Shown piece after piece: positions 1 through 9,413 of a DNA stretch of 64,000 bases. Every line of letters begins with the position of its first letter. Within the stretch, counting starts at the first letter, position 1. This DNA is from a virus (lineage: Duplodnaviria > Caudoviricetes), in IMG/VR virus record IMGVR_UViG_3300017774_005022, positions 5,657-69,656 of that record. The stretch is one strand, 5' to 3'. The notes under the pieces are model-generated. The model saw only the letters and a list, made by a program, of their open reading frames with translations, was not told the origin of the DNA and did not search any database. A program made the position numbers and the translations under genes.

Positions 1-1608
1 AGTGGTCTTGTTATTCCGGCGAACCTTATGATTGGAGAAGATCTAGCTCCTGCTCCAAGAAACATGCGTCACGTTGAGATTCGTGGGACAGCAACTATTG
101 GTCACCCCTATACGGATGATACAATAATCGGAGCCAATTATGTTTCTGTTACAGATCAAGTAAACTTCACCAACTCAATAGCAACGTGGAACAGCAATAC
201 AGTTACCATGGATATGCCCATTGCATTCTCCACCAACACGGCAGCCGCTACCACCCGTACCAACCTCGGTCTGGGAACCGCTGCAACAAATCCCGCATCG
301 GCATTTCAGCCATCATCGGTAGTATTGAGTAATCTTGCCAATAATAACGGATCTTCTCTTACCAACCTATCCGCTTCTGGTGTAGTTGGAATCTTGGCCA
401 CCAATGGTAATGGAGCAGGATTAACCAACCTCACAGCAGCTAATATTACGGGAACAGTTGGTTTGGCATCTAATGTCACCGGAACAATCGCCATCAGTAA
501 CGGCGGAAGCGGAGCCACTACGGCTGGAGGAGCTAGAACAAACTTGGGCTTGGGAGCGACAAACAGTGTTTCATTTTCTAACATCTCGGCAACTGGTTAT
601 ATCTCTATGGGCACTAGTGCCCCTCTCCTAAAATCGGAAACGGCTGGTGTTGTTGGTTTTTATGATAGCGTAGATGATGAATATGTTTTAAGCATTCCAA
701 ATGATAACGACGATGTCACAATTAACGCTCAGTGGAACAATGCTGGGGTGCGAAGCAATTTGGGCCTTGGAGCATCTAATACTGTTCGTTTTAAGGCCAT
801 TTGGTTACAAGATCCTGCTGTCGGCGGAATGAGTAATAGTATTACATATTGGATTGATGGGATTAATTTTAATACAGCAGGTGAGACGTATTTTCAAACT
901 GAAGCCGGATATGGGGTTGTGTCCTACAAGCCAATTTATTTTTCGGCAGCATCTAATGCTGCAATTACCCGCACAAACCTCAGTCTCGGCTGGTCTGCGT
1001 TGACCAACACCAATCCAGCGGGATTTAACACCTCTCTCTATGGCAGCGGAACCAACCCCGTCTTATACAACACAAACGGACAGGTGGTAAGCCCGACCAA
1101 CTTCTGGCAAGTGGCTCCGATTGTGACGAGGTTTGTTGAGTCCCAACCAGTAGCCAACCAAACTACCAACATCACCGCAGCCCGAAACCTTCACATTCAT
1201 AGCTTGGCTATTTCCACCACAGGAGTCACCAATACCATCGGCCTCCCAACCAACAACTCATTCGATGGAGATATTGCATTGGTTGTCCACAAAGGGCCAA
1301 CATCCAGCGTTACGGCGGTAAGGACAGTTGGAGCGGCAACCAACCTCGTCACACTGAACCGACCTGAAGAGGCGGTGGAGTTTGTGTATTACAACAACGT
1401 GTGGCAGTTTAATCACAACCGATCATTTGTTGAGCCCATCTTCTTCTCTGGCACCAATGCAGCGGGTCATGCGGCGGAAAGCAGAACCAATCTCGGCCTT
1501 GGGGGTGGGGTGACCACCAACATCGATATCAAGTTAAACAACAACAATGGAATGCGACTTTATTTTACCAATGGCATTCTCACCAATGCAGTAACCCCGA
1601 TTCCTTAA
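1..1608 (+). CDS. Tail fibre / long virion fibre protein, 5'-partial (frame open from nt 1; first ATG at 28)
   Basis: No stop in frame 1 upstream of ATG28. T/N/G/A-rich with repeated (A/T)RTNLGLG motifs and GGSGATTAGGARTNLGLG fibre modules; shares modules with the ORF at 61857-64000. Confidence 0.8.
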   Translation, partial: SGLVIPANLMIGEDLAPAPRNMRHVEIRGTATIGHPYTDDTIIGANYVSVTDQVNFTNSIATWNSNTVTMDMPIAFSTNTAAATTRTNLGLGTAATNPASAFQPSSVVLSNLANNNGSSLTNLSASGVVGILATNGNGAGLTNLTAANITGTVGLASNVTGTIAISNGGSGATTAGGARTNLGLGATNSVSFSNISATGYISMGTSAPLLKSETAGVVGFYDSVDDEYVLSIPNDNDDVTINAQWNNAGVRSNLGLGASNTVRFKAIWLQDPAVGGMSNSITYWIDGINFNTAGETYFQTEAGYGVVSYKPIYFSAASNAAITRTNLSLGWSALTNTNPAGFNTSLYGSGTNPVLYNTNGQVVSPTNFWQVAPIVTRFVESQPVANQTTNITAARNLHIHSLAISTTGVTNTIGLPTNNSFDGDIALVVHKGPTSSVTAVRTVGAATNLVTLNRPEEAVEFVYYNNVWQFNHNRSFVEPIFFSGTNAAGHAAESRTNLGLGGGVTTNIDIKLNNNNGMRLYFTNGILTNAVTPIP

Positions 1609-2153
1609 TGACCAAACCCAAGCAGTCCAAGCAAGAAACTAAGTCTCTGCTTCCCGGCTTAGACTATCCGGTAGCTTTGCTGGCGGTCAGGGGTTACTAC
1701 AGCAAGACCTTTGCACCCGAAGGCAACAACATCGGAGTTTACGATGACGCCATATTCCTTGTGTCAGAATACGGACACTACCCATTCAACGCGAACACCG
1801 ACCCCTCTACCCTAAAACCAAGGGTGGCGAGGCTGAAAGCGGGGGTGTGGCAATATCGACTCGGCATCCACAACATCAATAAAGCCAAACATCGGCAATA
1901 TCCGGCCTTGGTACAAGCTGCTCCCGTAACCGTATCGAGAGTCGGTGCTGGAGACGATACTGGTTGGTTTGGCATCAATATCCATAAGGGATCAAATAAC
2001 TCTACTTCTTCTGAGGGCTGCCAGACGATCCCCCCTTCGCAGTGGGGTAGCTTTTATGAACTGGTAAAGATGGAAATGAAACGTGCCGGAGTTAAAACCA
2101 TCCCGTACGTTTTGGTTGATAAATCTCCAAATACATGGCACAAAAACGTCTAG
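1608..2153 (+). CDS. Putative endolysin / cell-wall enzyme with L,D-transpeptidase (YkuD)-like His/Cys motif
   Basis: Motif GINIHKGSNNSTSSEGCQTIP resembles the YkuD H-x(n)-S-x-G-C catalytic signature; lies directly after the fibre gene. Confidence 0.6.
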   Translation: MTKPKQSKQETKSLLPGLDYPVALLAVRGYYSKTFAPEGNNIGVYDDAIFLVSEYGHYPFNANTDPSTLKPRVARLKAGVWQYRLGIHNINKAKHRQYPALVQAAPVTVSRVGAGDDTGWFGINIHKGSNNSTSSEGCQTIPPSQWGSFYELVKMEMKRAGVKTIPYVLVDKSPNTWHKNV

Positions 2154-4747
2154 TCGCGCCTGATACGCCTATAACTAGTTACCCTACCCCAGAGGTAGCG
2201 AACATCGTTATAACCCTTGACGTAGATTCCCGCCTACCGGGGTACAAGGTTCTTGAATACGGGACTTTGTACCCAGACCAAACGCGGTATCCCGGAGCCA
2301 AGCTAGTCGCACAGGCCCCTCTTGAAGACGATCGTTTCGTCCGCAGAGTTTTTGCTACAGATAGGGTAAACCAAGATACGTACAACTACGCCATTAGGTT
2401 CAGCGCAGGCGAACCCGACTACCCCATTTATGTCCGTACCTATGTTGAACTCCGGGACACTTACGCACCGCTCCCCGATAACAGTCCGGACCCAGTAATT
2501 CCGGGTGCTTTTTTGGTCGATGAAGAGGCATCCCCCGCTGAAGGGGAACTCAACAACCTGTATCTTACGGTAACCCGTATTTATGAAACTCTCCCCGGAC
2601 CTTTGGTCCTTTCTTCTCGGTACGATGACGATTTGGGCCTTGTTCAAATACGCAGGCGCAGCGTTGTTAACAGTGGGCAGTTAGCTTCTCTTACAGAGAA
2701 TACCCGGACTACTTACGAGGCACGAGAGGGTGCTGCTGGAGTTTACACGGAGATTGAAGAATCTTGGTCCACGGAACTAGATGGAGAAGGTAATTCACAG
2801 TTCCCGGTCAAGGATCGGGATATTTATGACCCGTCTCGCGGAGCCATTCAAGAACGCCGCCAGCTTGTTTCTACTACGGGAAGCGAAGCCGCCTCGCTTG
2901 TTAACAACAATGGCGTTATCACACAGATTTCTTACGAAGCCTACAACGAATTTCTCTCTTTTAAGATTGTTCAGACTTACAACGTCAATGGGCCTCAACT
3001 TACAGGTTTTGTTACTACTAATGAAGGGCAGTTGGCCACTGTAACGACTCAGCGTAAAGGTTCTGACAACTACGTAGCCCCACAACCCACCGCAACCAAA
3101 ACGGTTGAGGTCGACCGCGAGGATGCAGAGTCTGTTGTTGAAAGAGTTATCGACATACCCGGAGTGTTTGCGGGAGAAATTTATCGTAAGACCAAAGAAG
3201 ATCTGACTCCGACAAAGTTTAAAGCCCGTGTGTTGGAATCTACTACAGAGCAAAATACTGCGGGAACTGCGGCGTCTAATTTTACGTTAAATACCAACGA
3301 GTTTGTAAAAACCGAGCAGCAAGTAACCAAATTTGTTAAACGTACTTCAACAACTTCCCGAACAACGCCGACTACCTCATCTTTCGTAGAACAAGTTTTG
3401 ACTAATCAGGGGCAGCTTGGAACCCGGACTATTACGCTTTCTTCCGGAGCACAAGTGATTACCCCCCTGTCGGCTGTGATTGTAGACTCCGACGTAGAAG
3501 AACTAGGAGATGGGCGTACGGTTAAAACAGTAGTAACCGTACCCGTAGTTTTTGATTCAATGACTCAGTCTGTGCAAAGACCGGATGTCATCCCGGAAAA
3601 ATTTAGGTCTAATGTAGGGGTTCTCAGGACAGAGAAAATTGTACCCCAAACTGAGGTAACCACTCCGACACTTGAGTTAGACGAATATTTAAAAACTGAA
3701 CAAAGACTCACAGAGTTCACGGTTCAGAGGACTACAGTATCTAGATCCCCCACACTTAATCAACTTGATGGCAAGAGATTAGAAGAAAACTTTGGGATAC
3801 AACTCCCTTACACGGAATACATTTCAGCTTCGATCCCTCCCGGCGAAACAATAGAAGGCGAAGGTTTGGGGTCCGGAGTAAATTTGGTTCGGTCTTACAG
3901 TGTAGGTGGGCTAAATCAAACCCTTGGCGGTTTTAACGTAAAAATACCAACGTCGATAGACTTAGATCTACCACCCGTCTTAAAAAACGTAGTAGTAAAG
4001 TGGAAAAAAGAAAAAAGTACTTCCGTTGATGAAAGGGATGTTTCGGGTCTGCAGGGTAGTTTTATGAGCATAACTCAACAAGACAGCGGGAGCGTATCTT
4101 CCACAATTTCAATAGTTCCAACAGTGGACTTAGAATTAGAACAAAGTTGGGGTAGAAACCTCCCCGCCACCGTCCACTTGTTTTTTCTCAAGAAAGAAAA
4201 CTTAACTGACGCACAGATACGTAGTAAAACAGGCGCAACAGCTAAGTGGCCCATACTAAAACCAAAAAGTTTTACGACAACTATCTACGGTAAGAGCGAA
4301 CGTAAAAGTCTCCAAGCCGCAGTACAACGCAGCATACAACTTCATGAAATAGGGCAGGGTTACGGATATCAACCTTCTACTGGATCATCAGAAGAGTCTT
4401 CAGCATCTTTAATACCCGTTGCCGTAAATATCCCTTTGTGTATAACTCAACAAAAACTTATTAACGAATCCGAAAGTGATAATAATAGCGGCCTGAAGAT
4501 TGTCTTAAAATACGTAGGGTTTAACGGAACAAGTCCGACTGGGGTTCCGTTTTCATTCAGCGATGTGAACATTGACCGTCCGCTAAACCATACCCTCAGT
4601 GTTTTGGCTAATTTTACGGTTCCGGCTACCGTTCCAGACAAATTGCCAAGCAGCGGTACTTATGTAATTAGTTCCAGCAGCGAGCCATATAAATTTGGAT
4701 GGTATTTTGTCCGTGCCGTGACTTTCGATGCGTCTCAGTTGGCATAA
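2135..4747 (+). CDS. 870-aa virion (tail-associated) protein with internal repeats
   Basis: Long ORF in the structural operon. Thr/Val-rich beta-type composition; duplicated ~55-aa units (KEDLTPTKF...EFVKTEQQVTKF and RPDVIPEKF...EYLKTEQRLTEF). Confidence 0.6.
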   Translation: MAQKRLVAPDTPITSYPTPEVANIVITLDVDSRLPGYKVLEYGTLYPDQTRYPGAKLVAQAPLEDDRFVRRVFATDRVNQDTYNYAIRFSAGEPDYPIYVRTYVELRDTYAPLPDNSPDPVIPGAFLVDEEASPAEGELNNLYLTVTRIYETLPGPLVLSSRYDDDLGLVQIRRRSVVNSGQLASLTENTRTTYEAREGAAGVYTEIEESWSTELDGEGNSQFPVKDRDIYDPSRGAIQERRQLVSTTGSEAASLVNNNGVITQISYEAYNEFLSFKIVQTYNVNGPQLTGFVTTNEGQLATVTTQRKGSDNYVAPQPTATKTVEVDREDAESVVERVIDIPGVFAGEIYRKTKEDLTPTKFKARVLESTTEQNTAGTAASNFTLNTNEFVKTEQQVTKFVKRTSTTSRTTPTTSSFVEQVLTNQGQLGTRTITLSSGAQVITPLSAVIVDSDVEELGDGRTVKTVVTVPVVFDSMTQSVQRPDVIPEKFRSNVGVLRTEKIVPQTEVTTPTLELDEYLKTEQRLTEFTVQRTTVSRSPTLNQLDGKRLEENFGIQLPYTEYISASIPPGETIEGEGLGSGVNLVRSYSVGGLNQTLGGFNVKIPTSIDLDLPPVLKNVVVKWKKEKSTSVDERDVSGLQGSFMSITQQDSGSVSSTISIVPTVDLELEQSWGRNLPATVHLFFLKKENLTDAQIRSKTGATAKWPILKPKSFTTTIYGKSERKSLQAAVQRSIQLHEIGQGYGYQPSTGSSEESSASLIPVAVNIPLCITQQKLINESESDNNSGLKIVLKYVGFNGTSPTGVPFSFSDVNIDRPLNHTLSVLANFTVPATVPDKLPSSGTYVISSSSEPYKFGWYFVRAVTFDASQLA

Positions 4748-4750
4748 CTT

Positions 4751-5554
4751 ATGACTTCGGAAGAACGCAGTGTGCTTAACGCAACTCGCAATTTGGAGCG
4801 AAAGCAACAAAGAGCAGAGGCTTCCAAAGCCTTGGAGTCCAAAAACGTAAATCTGCAAGAAGTTGCAAGGCAAGGCGGATCTTTGGGTAGGAAGATTGAA
4901 AGAGAAGTGAGGCGGTTTGAAGCGACAGGTAGGGTGAGTAATTGGCTAGCAGGAGAAACTGCAAAAGCGGAAGCTGCTCAAAATGCTGCTCAACAATCAG
5001 GTTTTAGTCCCCCCCGGTCACAACCTCCTTCAAATACCAATGTACCGCTAGCTCCTATACCACTATTGCCGAGTGACTACTTCTCCCCACGCCCTCTTGA
5101 TTTAAAACCGGATATTACCCCTCCGACTCCAGAACAAAGGACTTGTATTGGCCTTAATTTATATACCAAAAGTGTCATCGTTTCGCCCAACACGCCACCG
5201 GTCACCCAAGTATGGATCGGTGCTGGCGTGGTCGGCGGTGTGCTTCCCACCGGATTTACTTATTCTGAAGGAAAATTTGTAGCCAGCGGCGGTAGCGGAG
5301 AGGTGTATGTAGAACTAACAATTGACCAAACTACGGGAGAACTGGAGTCTGTGCAGATAGATGAAGCGGCCTCCACTCCCTCAAATACAAGTACGAAATT
5401 TCGCTACTCGCTGGGATATTACGAATACCTCAACGGTACGCCTGAAGTTACTAATTATAGCTGCGGAAGCGTAGATTACACTATATGCCGGAACTGGTTT
5501 ACCAGTACGCTCCCTTTTTATCAGGTCACTTTTTATAGAGCAGGAACAGCATAA
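4751..5554 (+). CDS. Hypothetical virion protein (basic helical N-terminus, Pro linker, beta-rich C-terminus)
   Basis: 267-aa ORF tightly coupled to its neighbours in the structural operon. Confidence 0.6.
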   Translation: MTSEERSVLNATRNLERKQQRAEASKALESKNVNLQEVARQGGSLGRKIEREVRRFEATGRVSNWLAGETAKAEAAQNAAQQSGFSPPRSQPPSNTNVPLAPIPLLPSDYFSPRPLDLKPDITPPTPEQRTCIGLNLYTKSVIVSPNTPPVTQVWIGAGVVGGVLPTGFTYSEGKFVASGGSGEVYVELTIDQTTGELESVQIDEAASTPSNTSTKFRYSLGYYEYLNGTPEVTNYSCGSVDYTICRNWFTSTLPFYQVTFYRAGTA

Positions 5555-7812
5555 TGATTGCAAATGTAGAAGTCGGAGGAAACCTCCCTAATGCGTGGTT
5601 TCCGGAGGGCCAAGGCAATCCACGAGTAGGGTGTGGTTGTTGCAGATGGCCAAACCACATTCGCATTGTTTTGCAACACGCTTCTTTTAACAGGGAGTGC
5701 AACACCAATTGTTTTGTTCGCGAAGTGCCCATAGGTGTACGTCCACCGGAAGATGGAGGTTTTGCATTTTATGACCGCTTAATAGGACCTTGGCAAACTA
5801 ATGTACAATCATCCGGATCGATAAACCTTTCGTTTTCAGCGGCAGCAGGAGATCCGGGATTTGCTGATGCTTACGAATCTAACTTCTCCCGCACAACTTC
5901 GGCTTTTTTTGCCTACAAAGACACGGTGGTTTCTGGTGAAGAGGGGTGCCCCTGTGAACAGAGCTATAGTGAAACCCAATCTTCTGGTTCTAAAAAAACT
6001 ATCGAGAGATCTGGGTATGATTGCTGGGTGTCCGGTTATGGCGAACCACAACCCCCACTCACAGAATGGACGGACGAAGAACAGATGACTTGCAATCAAG
6101 CGTCTGGATCGGGGACTTCAGACGGTCTTGGGGGTGCGTTTAACCCCGGTGGAGGTGAGTTCGGGGGCGGTGGAGCTTCGGGCTCTTGGGGAGAGGGATC
6201 TACTGACCCCAACTTCAGCACACTGCCCGAAGAACTAAACAAGTACATCACGGGTGCGGCCCCCTACATGACCCCCGATCAGGTAAGAAATTTAGTAGAC
6301 ACGTTAAAGCTGTACGAACAAATCACAGGCAACCAGTTGGCACTAGTGTTCACCCCCAACAATCCAAACGGCACATACGATCCGTTTGCCTTGGCCGAGC
6401 AATACGGAGTCGGCAGAGGTGAAGGGACAGATAGTGGGATCATTATATTTGTTCATCCAGAGTCTCGCAACTGGCAGGTGGCGACAGGTTACGGCATGGA
6501 GGCCGACATAACAGACATAGTCTCAAATCAAATCATGTCAGCGGCTTTTGGTTCTGGTGCTTCCGGCAACCTTTTTGGCTCTGTTTCGCAAGCGGTGCAG
6601 GGCTTTACAGGAATTTCAACTCCTAACACACCCAATACGGGGGGTGTCGGGGATGGCACGACACAACAGGGTCAGAATTGCGACCTTGAATGTCCCCCAA
6701 TATCAAACCCGCCGGATACAGTATTGTTTGGCGGCGGGGTAGCGGGCTCCGTTACTCAAAGTTTTACCTACGGACGTTCGGGACAAACTATATGTGGGGG
6801 CACTTTTCTGGAGCAGACTTTCCCAACCTCTACCTCCGAAACCACCCCATTCGGAGAAGACTGTGAGCCGGGTAATTGTCCCGTGCCATATCCATGGTCT
6901 TTTCAAGGTCTTGGTGGTTTATCTATCCCCTTTGACACAATTAACACCGTGTACGGTGGGGAAAGTGCAGCCTGTGTGTTTTCAGAAGCAGAGGGAGTTA
7001 ACTTCCCAGATTTTCCAGTTATAACACGATTAACGCCTGCAAACTTTGATAATAATGGTTTTACAACGCTATCGAGCCCGTTGCTGCTCCCCGGTCAAGG
7101 CTACTTGGCACCTTCGTATCGCTTTGCACAGGGACAAAACGGTAGGTACAAATCACAATCCGAACAGCATGTTAAATGGAGGATTGCCCACAATCCAATT
7201 GCAGGGTGTTATTTAAAAGTTTGGTTCGTAAAAAAAATAACTATAACCAGACGGGGAATATACCCAACAGAAAATCTACCAAGCATAATATCCTACGAAG
7301 ACGCAGGCACCTACACATGGGACTCGCAAACAGTTGAAGATGGTCGCTGCATTAAAAATAGTCTGTCGGTATATGATGTACAAAACATTGTGTACGGACC
7401 TGACAATATTGTCCCTATTCCCCAACCAGTGGCAAGTGCGCGGGAATTTGGCAGGACAGAGGAAATATTCATAAAGAAAATTTCTGCCGTAAGGGGTTAT
7501 GAGCCTCCTAATCCTCCAGAAGACAAACCTTTGGGGCTAGAAACAAAAGATATATCAATTGCTCCCGATCAGTGTTTAAGTTGCGGAAGTTACAGCCAAA
7601 CAAATTTTGATGACTTCACGGGAGAACCTACCGGAGCATTTTCTCTTAACGGACAATCAGAGGCTTGGAGTTGCCCATTCAGATTCATCCCAGAACTCGT
7701 AGATCCAGCCTACCCGCCCTGCTGTGCGGGACATAACCAAGCCGCCACGGATTATCCTGAGTACTATGCGCTACCCGCAGGATGCGATCCCGACCCCGCA
7801 CCGGAACCGTAG
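5554..7812 (+). CDS. Cys-rich virion protein with an embedded TPM (TLP18.3/Psb32/MOLO-1) domain
   Basis: Residues encoded at ~6241-6610 (YITGAAPYMTPDQ...EQITGNQLALV...YGVGRGEGTDSGIIIFVHPESRNWQVATGYGMEADITD) follow the YgcG/TPM pattern; preceded by GGGEFGGGGASGSW. Confidence 0.7.
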   Translation: MIANVEVGGNLPNAWFPEGQGNPRVGCGCCRWPNHIRIVLQHASFNRECNTNCFVREVPIGVRPPEDGGFAFYDRLIGPWQTNVQSSGSINLSFSAAAGDPGFADAYESNFSRTTSAFFAYKDTVVSGEEGCPCEQSYSETQSSGSKKTIERSGYDCWVSGYGEPQPPLTEWTDEEQMTCNQASGSGTSDGLGGAFNPGGGEFGGGGASGSWGEGSTDPNFSTLPEELNKYITGAAPYMTPDQVRNLVDTLKLYEQITGNQLALVFTPNNPNGTYDPFALAEQYGVGRGEGTDSGIIIFVHPESRNWQVATGYGMEADITDIVSNQIMSAAFGSGASGNLFGSVSQAVQGFTGISTPNTPNTGGVGDGTTQQGQNCDLECPPISNPPDTVLFGGGVAGSVTQSFTYGRSGQTICGGTFLEQTFPTSTSETTPFGEDCEPGNCPVPYPWSFQGLGGLSIPFDTINTVYGGESAACVFSEAEGVNFPDFPVITRLTPANFDNNGFTTLSSPLLLPGQGYLAPSYRFAQGQNGRYKSQSEQHVKWRIAHNPIAGCYLKVWFVKKITITRRGIYPTENLPSIISYEDAGTYTWDSQTVEDGRCIKNSLSVYDVQNIVYGPDNIVPIPQPVASAREFGRTEEIFIKKISAVRGYEPPNPPEDKPLGLETKDISIAPDQCLSCGSYSQTNFDDFTGEPTGAFSLNGQSEAWSCPFRFIPELVDPAYPPCCAGHNQAATDYPEYYALPAGCDPDPAPEP

Positions 7813-7819
7813 TAAAAAT

Positions 7820-8341
7820 ATGGAGAAACTTCCGCCACCTGTGGTCGAAACCCGCATGTTCAAATGTCAGAATTGTGAGGGGGATCACGACTACGAAAAC
7901 CCTTGCGCGTCTTGCCCCAGCGGAAATTGGGGTCCGGTGTTTTGCGACGAAAGGTCTATCGACGCTATAGAGATTGTGGGACGCGCTTTTAAGCTGACAC
8001 CAGAAGAAGAAAAAGCGGTAGAGCGCGGGGCAAACGTCCCCAAACAAAGAGTCGCTAATTTCTTTAAAGAAGCGTTAAGGAAACAACAGGAAGAAGAGAC
8101 GGGGGGTGAAGTTACCCCGCCCTCTACCCTAAACATGGCAGCTTCTTTTACCAAGGCAATGCGAGAGGAGGCCGCAGCCCTGTTTACTCAAGACAAGCTA
8201 GACCCCGAAGAAATACAAAAAAGAAGGGACATTTGTTCTGGGTGTCAAATGTTCGCGAATGGTAGGTGCAAAAAGTGCGGATGCTTCCTAAAGCTGAAAA
8301 CAAGGATGCGTAGCCAACATTGCCCTATAGGAAAGTGGTAA
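7820..8341 (+). CDS. Cys-rich protein with C-terminal DUF6171-like zinc-binding domain
   Basis: C-terminus RRDICSGC...RCKKCGCFLKLKTRMRSQHCPIGKW. ATG7820 follows the upstream stop at 7812, so it is preferred over the longer ORF start at 7724. Confidence 0.7.
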   Translation: MEKLPPPVVETRMFKCQNCEGDHDYENPCASCPSGNWGPVFCDERSIDAIEIVGRAFKLTPEEEKAVERGANVPKQRVANFFKEALRKQQEEETGGEVTPPSTLNMAASFTKAMREEAAALFTQDKLDPEEIQKRRDICSGCQMFANGRCKKCGCFLKLKTRMRSQHCPIGKW

Positions 8342-8450
8342 ATCTTGACACAAAACTCTCTTTTTACGATAAATCAATGGGTAATAAACCTTGATTCCGG
8401 GGTCAATATAAAGTAATTTCCCCGCTAAAGAAACCGCAATTTTAACTGTA

Positions 8451-9410
8451 ATGATTGTCTCCCAAGTTCGCCAACTCCTACACCATCATGTAAGCCCAGA
8501 CGGGCCGAACAGCATGCTTGTACCAGCACGTATCAACGAGTTGTGTGAGCGTTTTTTCGTCAGTGGTAAGTGGAAGGGAATGCTGGTCGAGGTAAGTCTG
8601 GACGCTACCGAGGGCTACGTAACCCTGCCACGGAGGTGCGAATCTGTCCTTGGAATCACGGTACAAAAGGCTCCGAAGACTCCTTTTGGCAGGTGGTACA
8701 GCTTCTCCCCCGGAGGCCCCGGCGAGGTAGATTTGGAATCCTACAGCGGTCCTGATGTGGTGGTAGATCAGGGGGACGGCTTCGTCACCTACAAAGACTC
8801 TCCTTACGAGTCTTTCCGTCTTCGCCTCAAGGTTCCCAATGCATCTGATCGCAACGCGGGGAACAGTTTTATCATCAAGGGTACGGACTCTGACGGCAAG
8901 CCTGTGTACAACTCTGATGGCGAAGAGGGTTTGGTGGTCAATCTCTCTGCTTCAGAGAACACGACTACGCAGTACTTCTCTACTATCACCAGTATTACTA
9001 AAGCCCCTACCTTGGGCTACGTAACCCTTTGGGCCGTAAATGCTTCAAACGCCGAGACTCAAATTGGTGAGTACGAGCCGGGGGAGACGAACATCAGTTA
9101 CCGAAGGTACCGGGTCACACGGGCCGATACTTCAGAAGTCCCGACTGTGAACGCTCTTTGTAAACGCAGGTACGTTCCCGTGGTTTCTGAGAACGATGAC
9201 GTGATTCCCGGAAACATGGGTGCCTTGAAGCTGGGCTTGATTTCTCTTAAGTACGAGGATACAAATGACTTGGAAAGAGCTACGGAATACTTTACAAGGG
9301 CATTGTCACTGCTGAACGCAGAGTTGCGTGAACAGCGGGGCGGTCAAATCAATACTATGCGGTTTAGTCCACACGGGTTCGGTCTGAGTCGCGTTGCCAA
9401 GCATTACTAA
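8451..9410 (+). CDS. Putative head-tail adaptor / tail tubular protein A-like
   Basis: Helical N- and C-terminal segments (INELCERF...; LKLGLISLKYED...YFTRALSLLNAEL) around a beta insert; sits before the internal virion genes. Confidence 0.5.
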   Translation: MIVSQVRQLLHHHVSPDGPNSMLVPARINELCERFFVSGKWKGMLVEVSLDATEGYVTLPRRCESVLGITVQKAPKTPFGRWYSFSPGGPGEVDLESYSGPDVVVDQGDGFVTYKDSPYESFRLRLKVPNASDRNAGNSFIIKGTDSDGKPVYNSDGEEGLVVNLSASENTTTQYFSTITSITKAPTLGYVTLWAVNASNAETQIGEYEPGETNISYRRYRVTRADTSEVPTVNALCKRRYVPVVSENDDVIPGNMGALKLGLISLKYEDTNDLERATEYFTRALSLLNAELREQRGGQINTMRFSPHGFGLSRVAKHY

Positions 9411-9413
9411 AAT

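Noticed and set aside
8345-8373. Sigma70 promoter before the adaptor gene
   Set aside because: TTGACA is present, but the -10 at 17-nt spacing (GATAAA) is weak.
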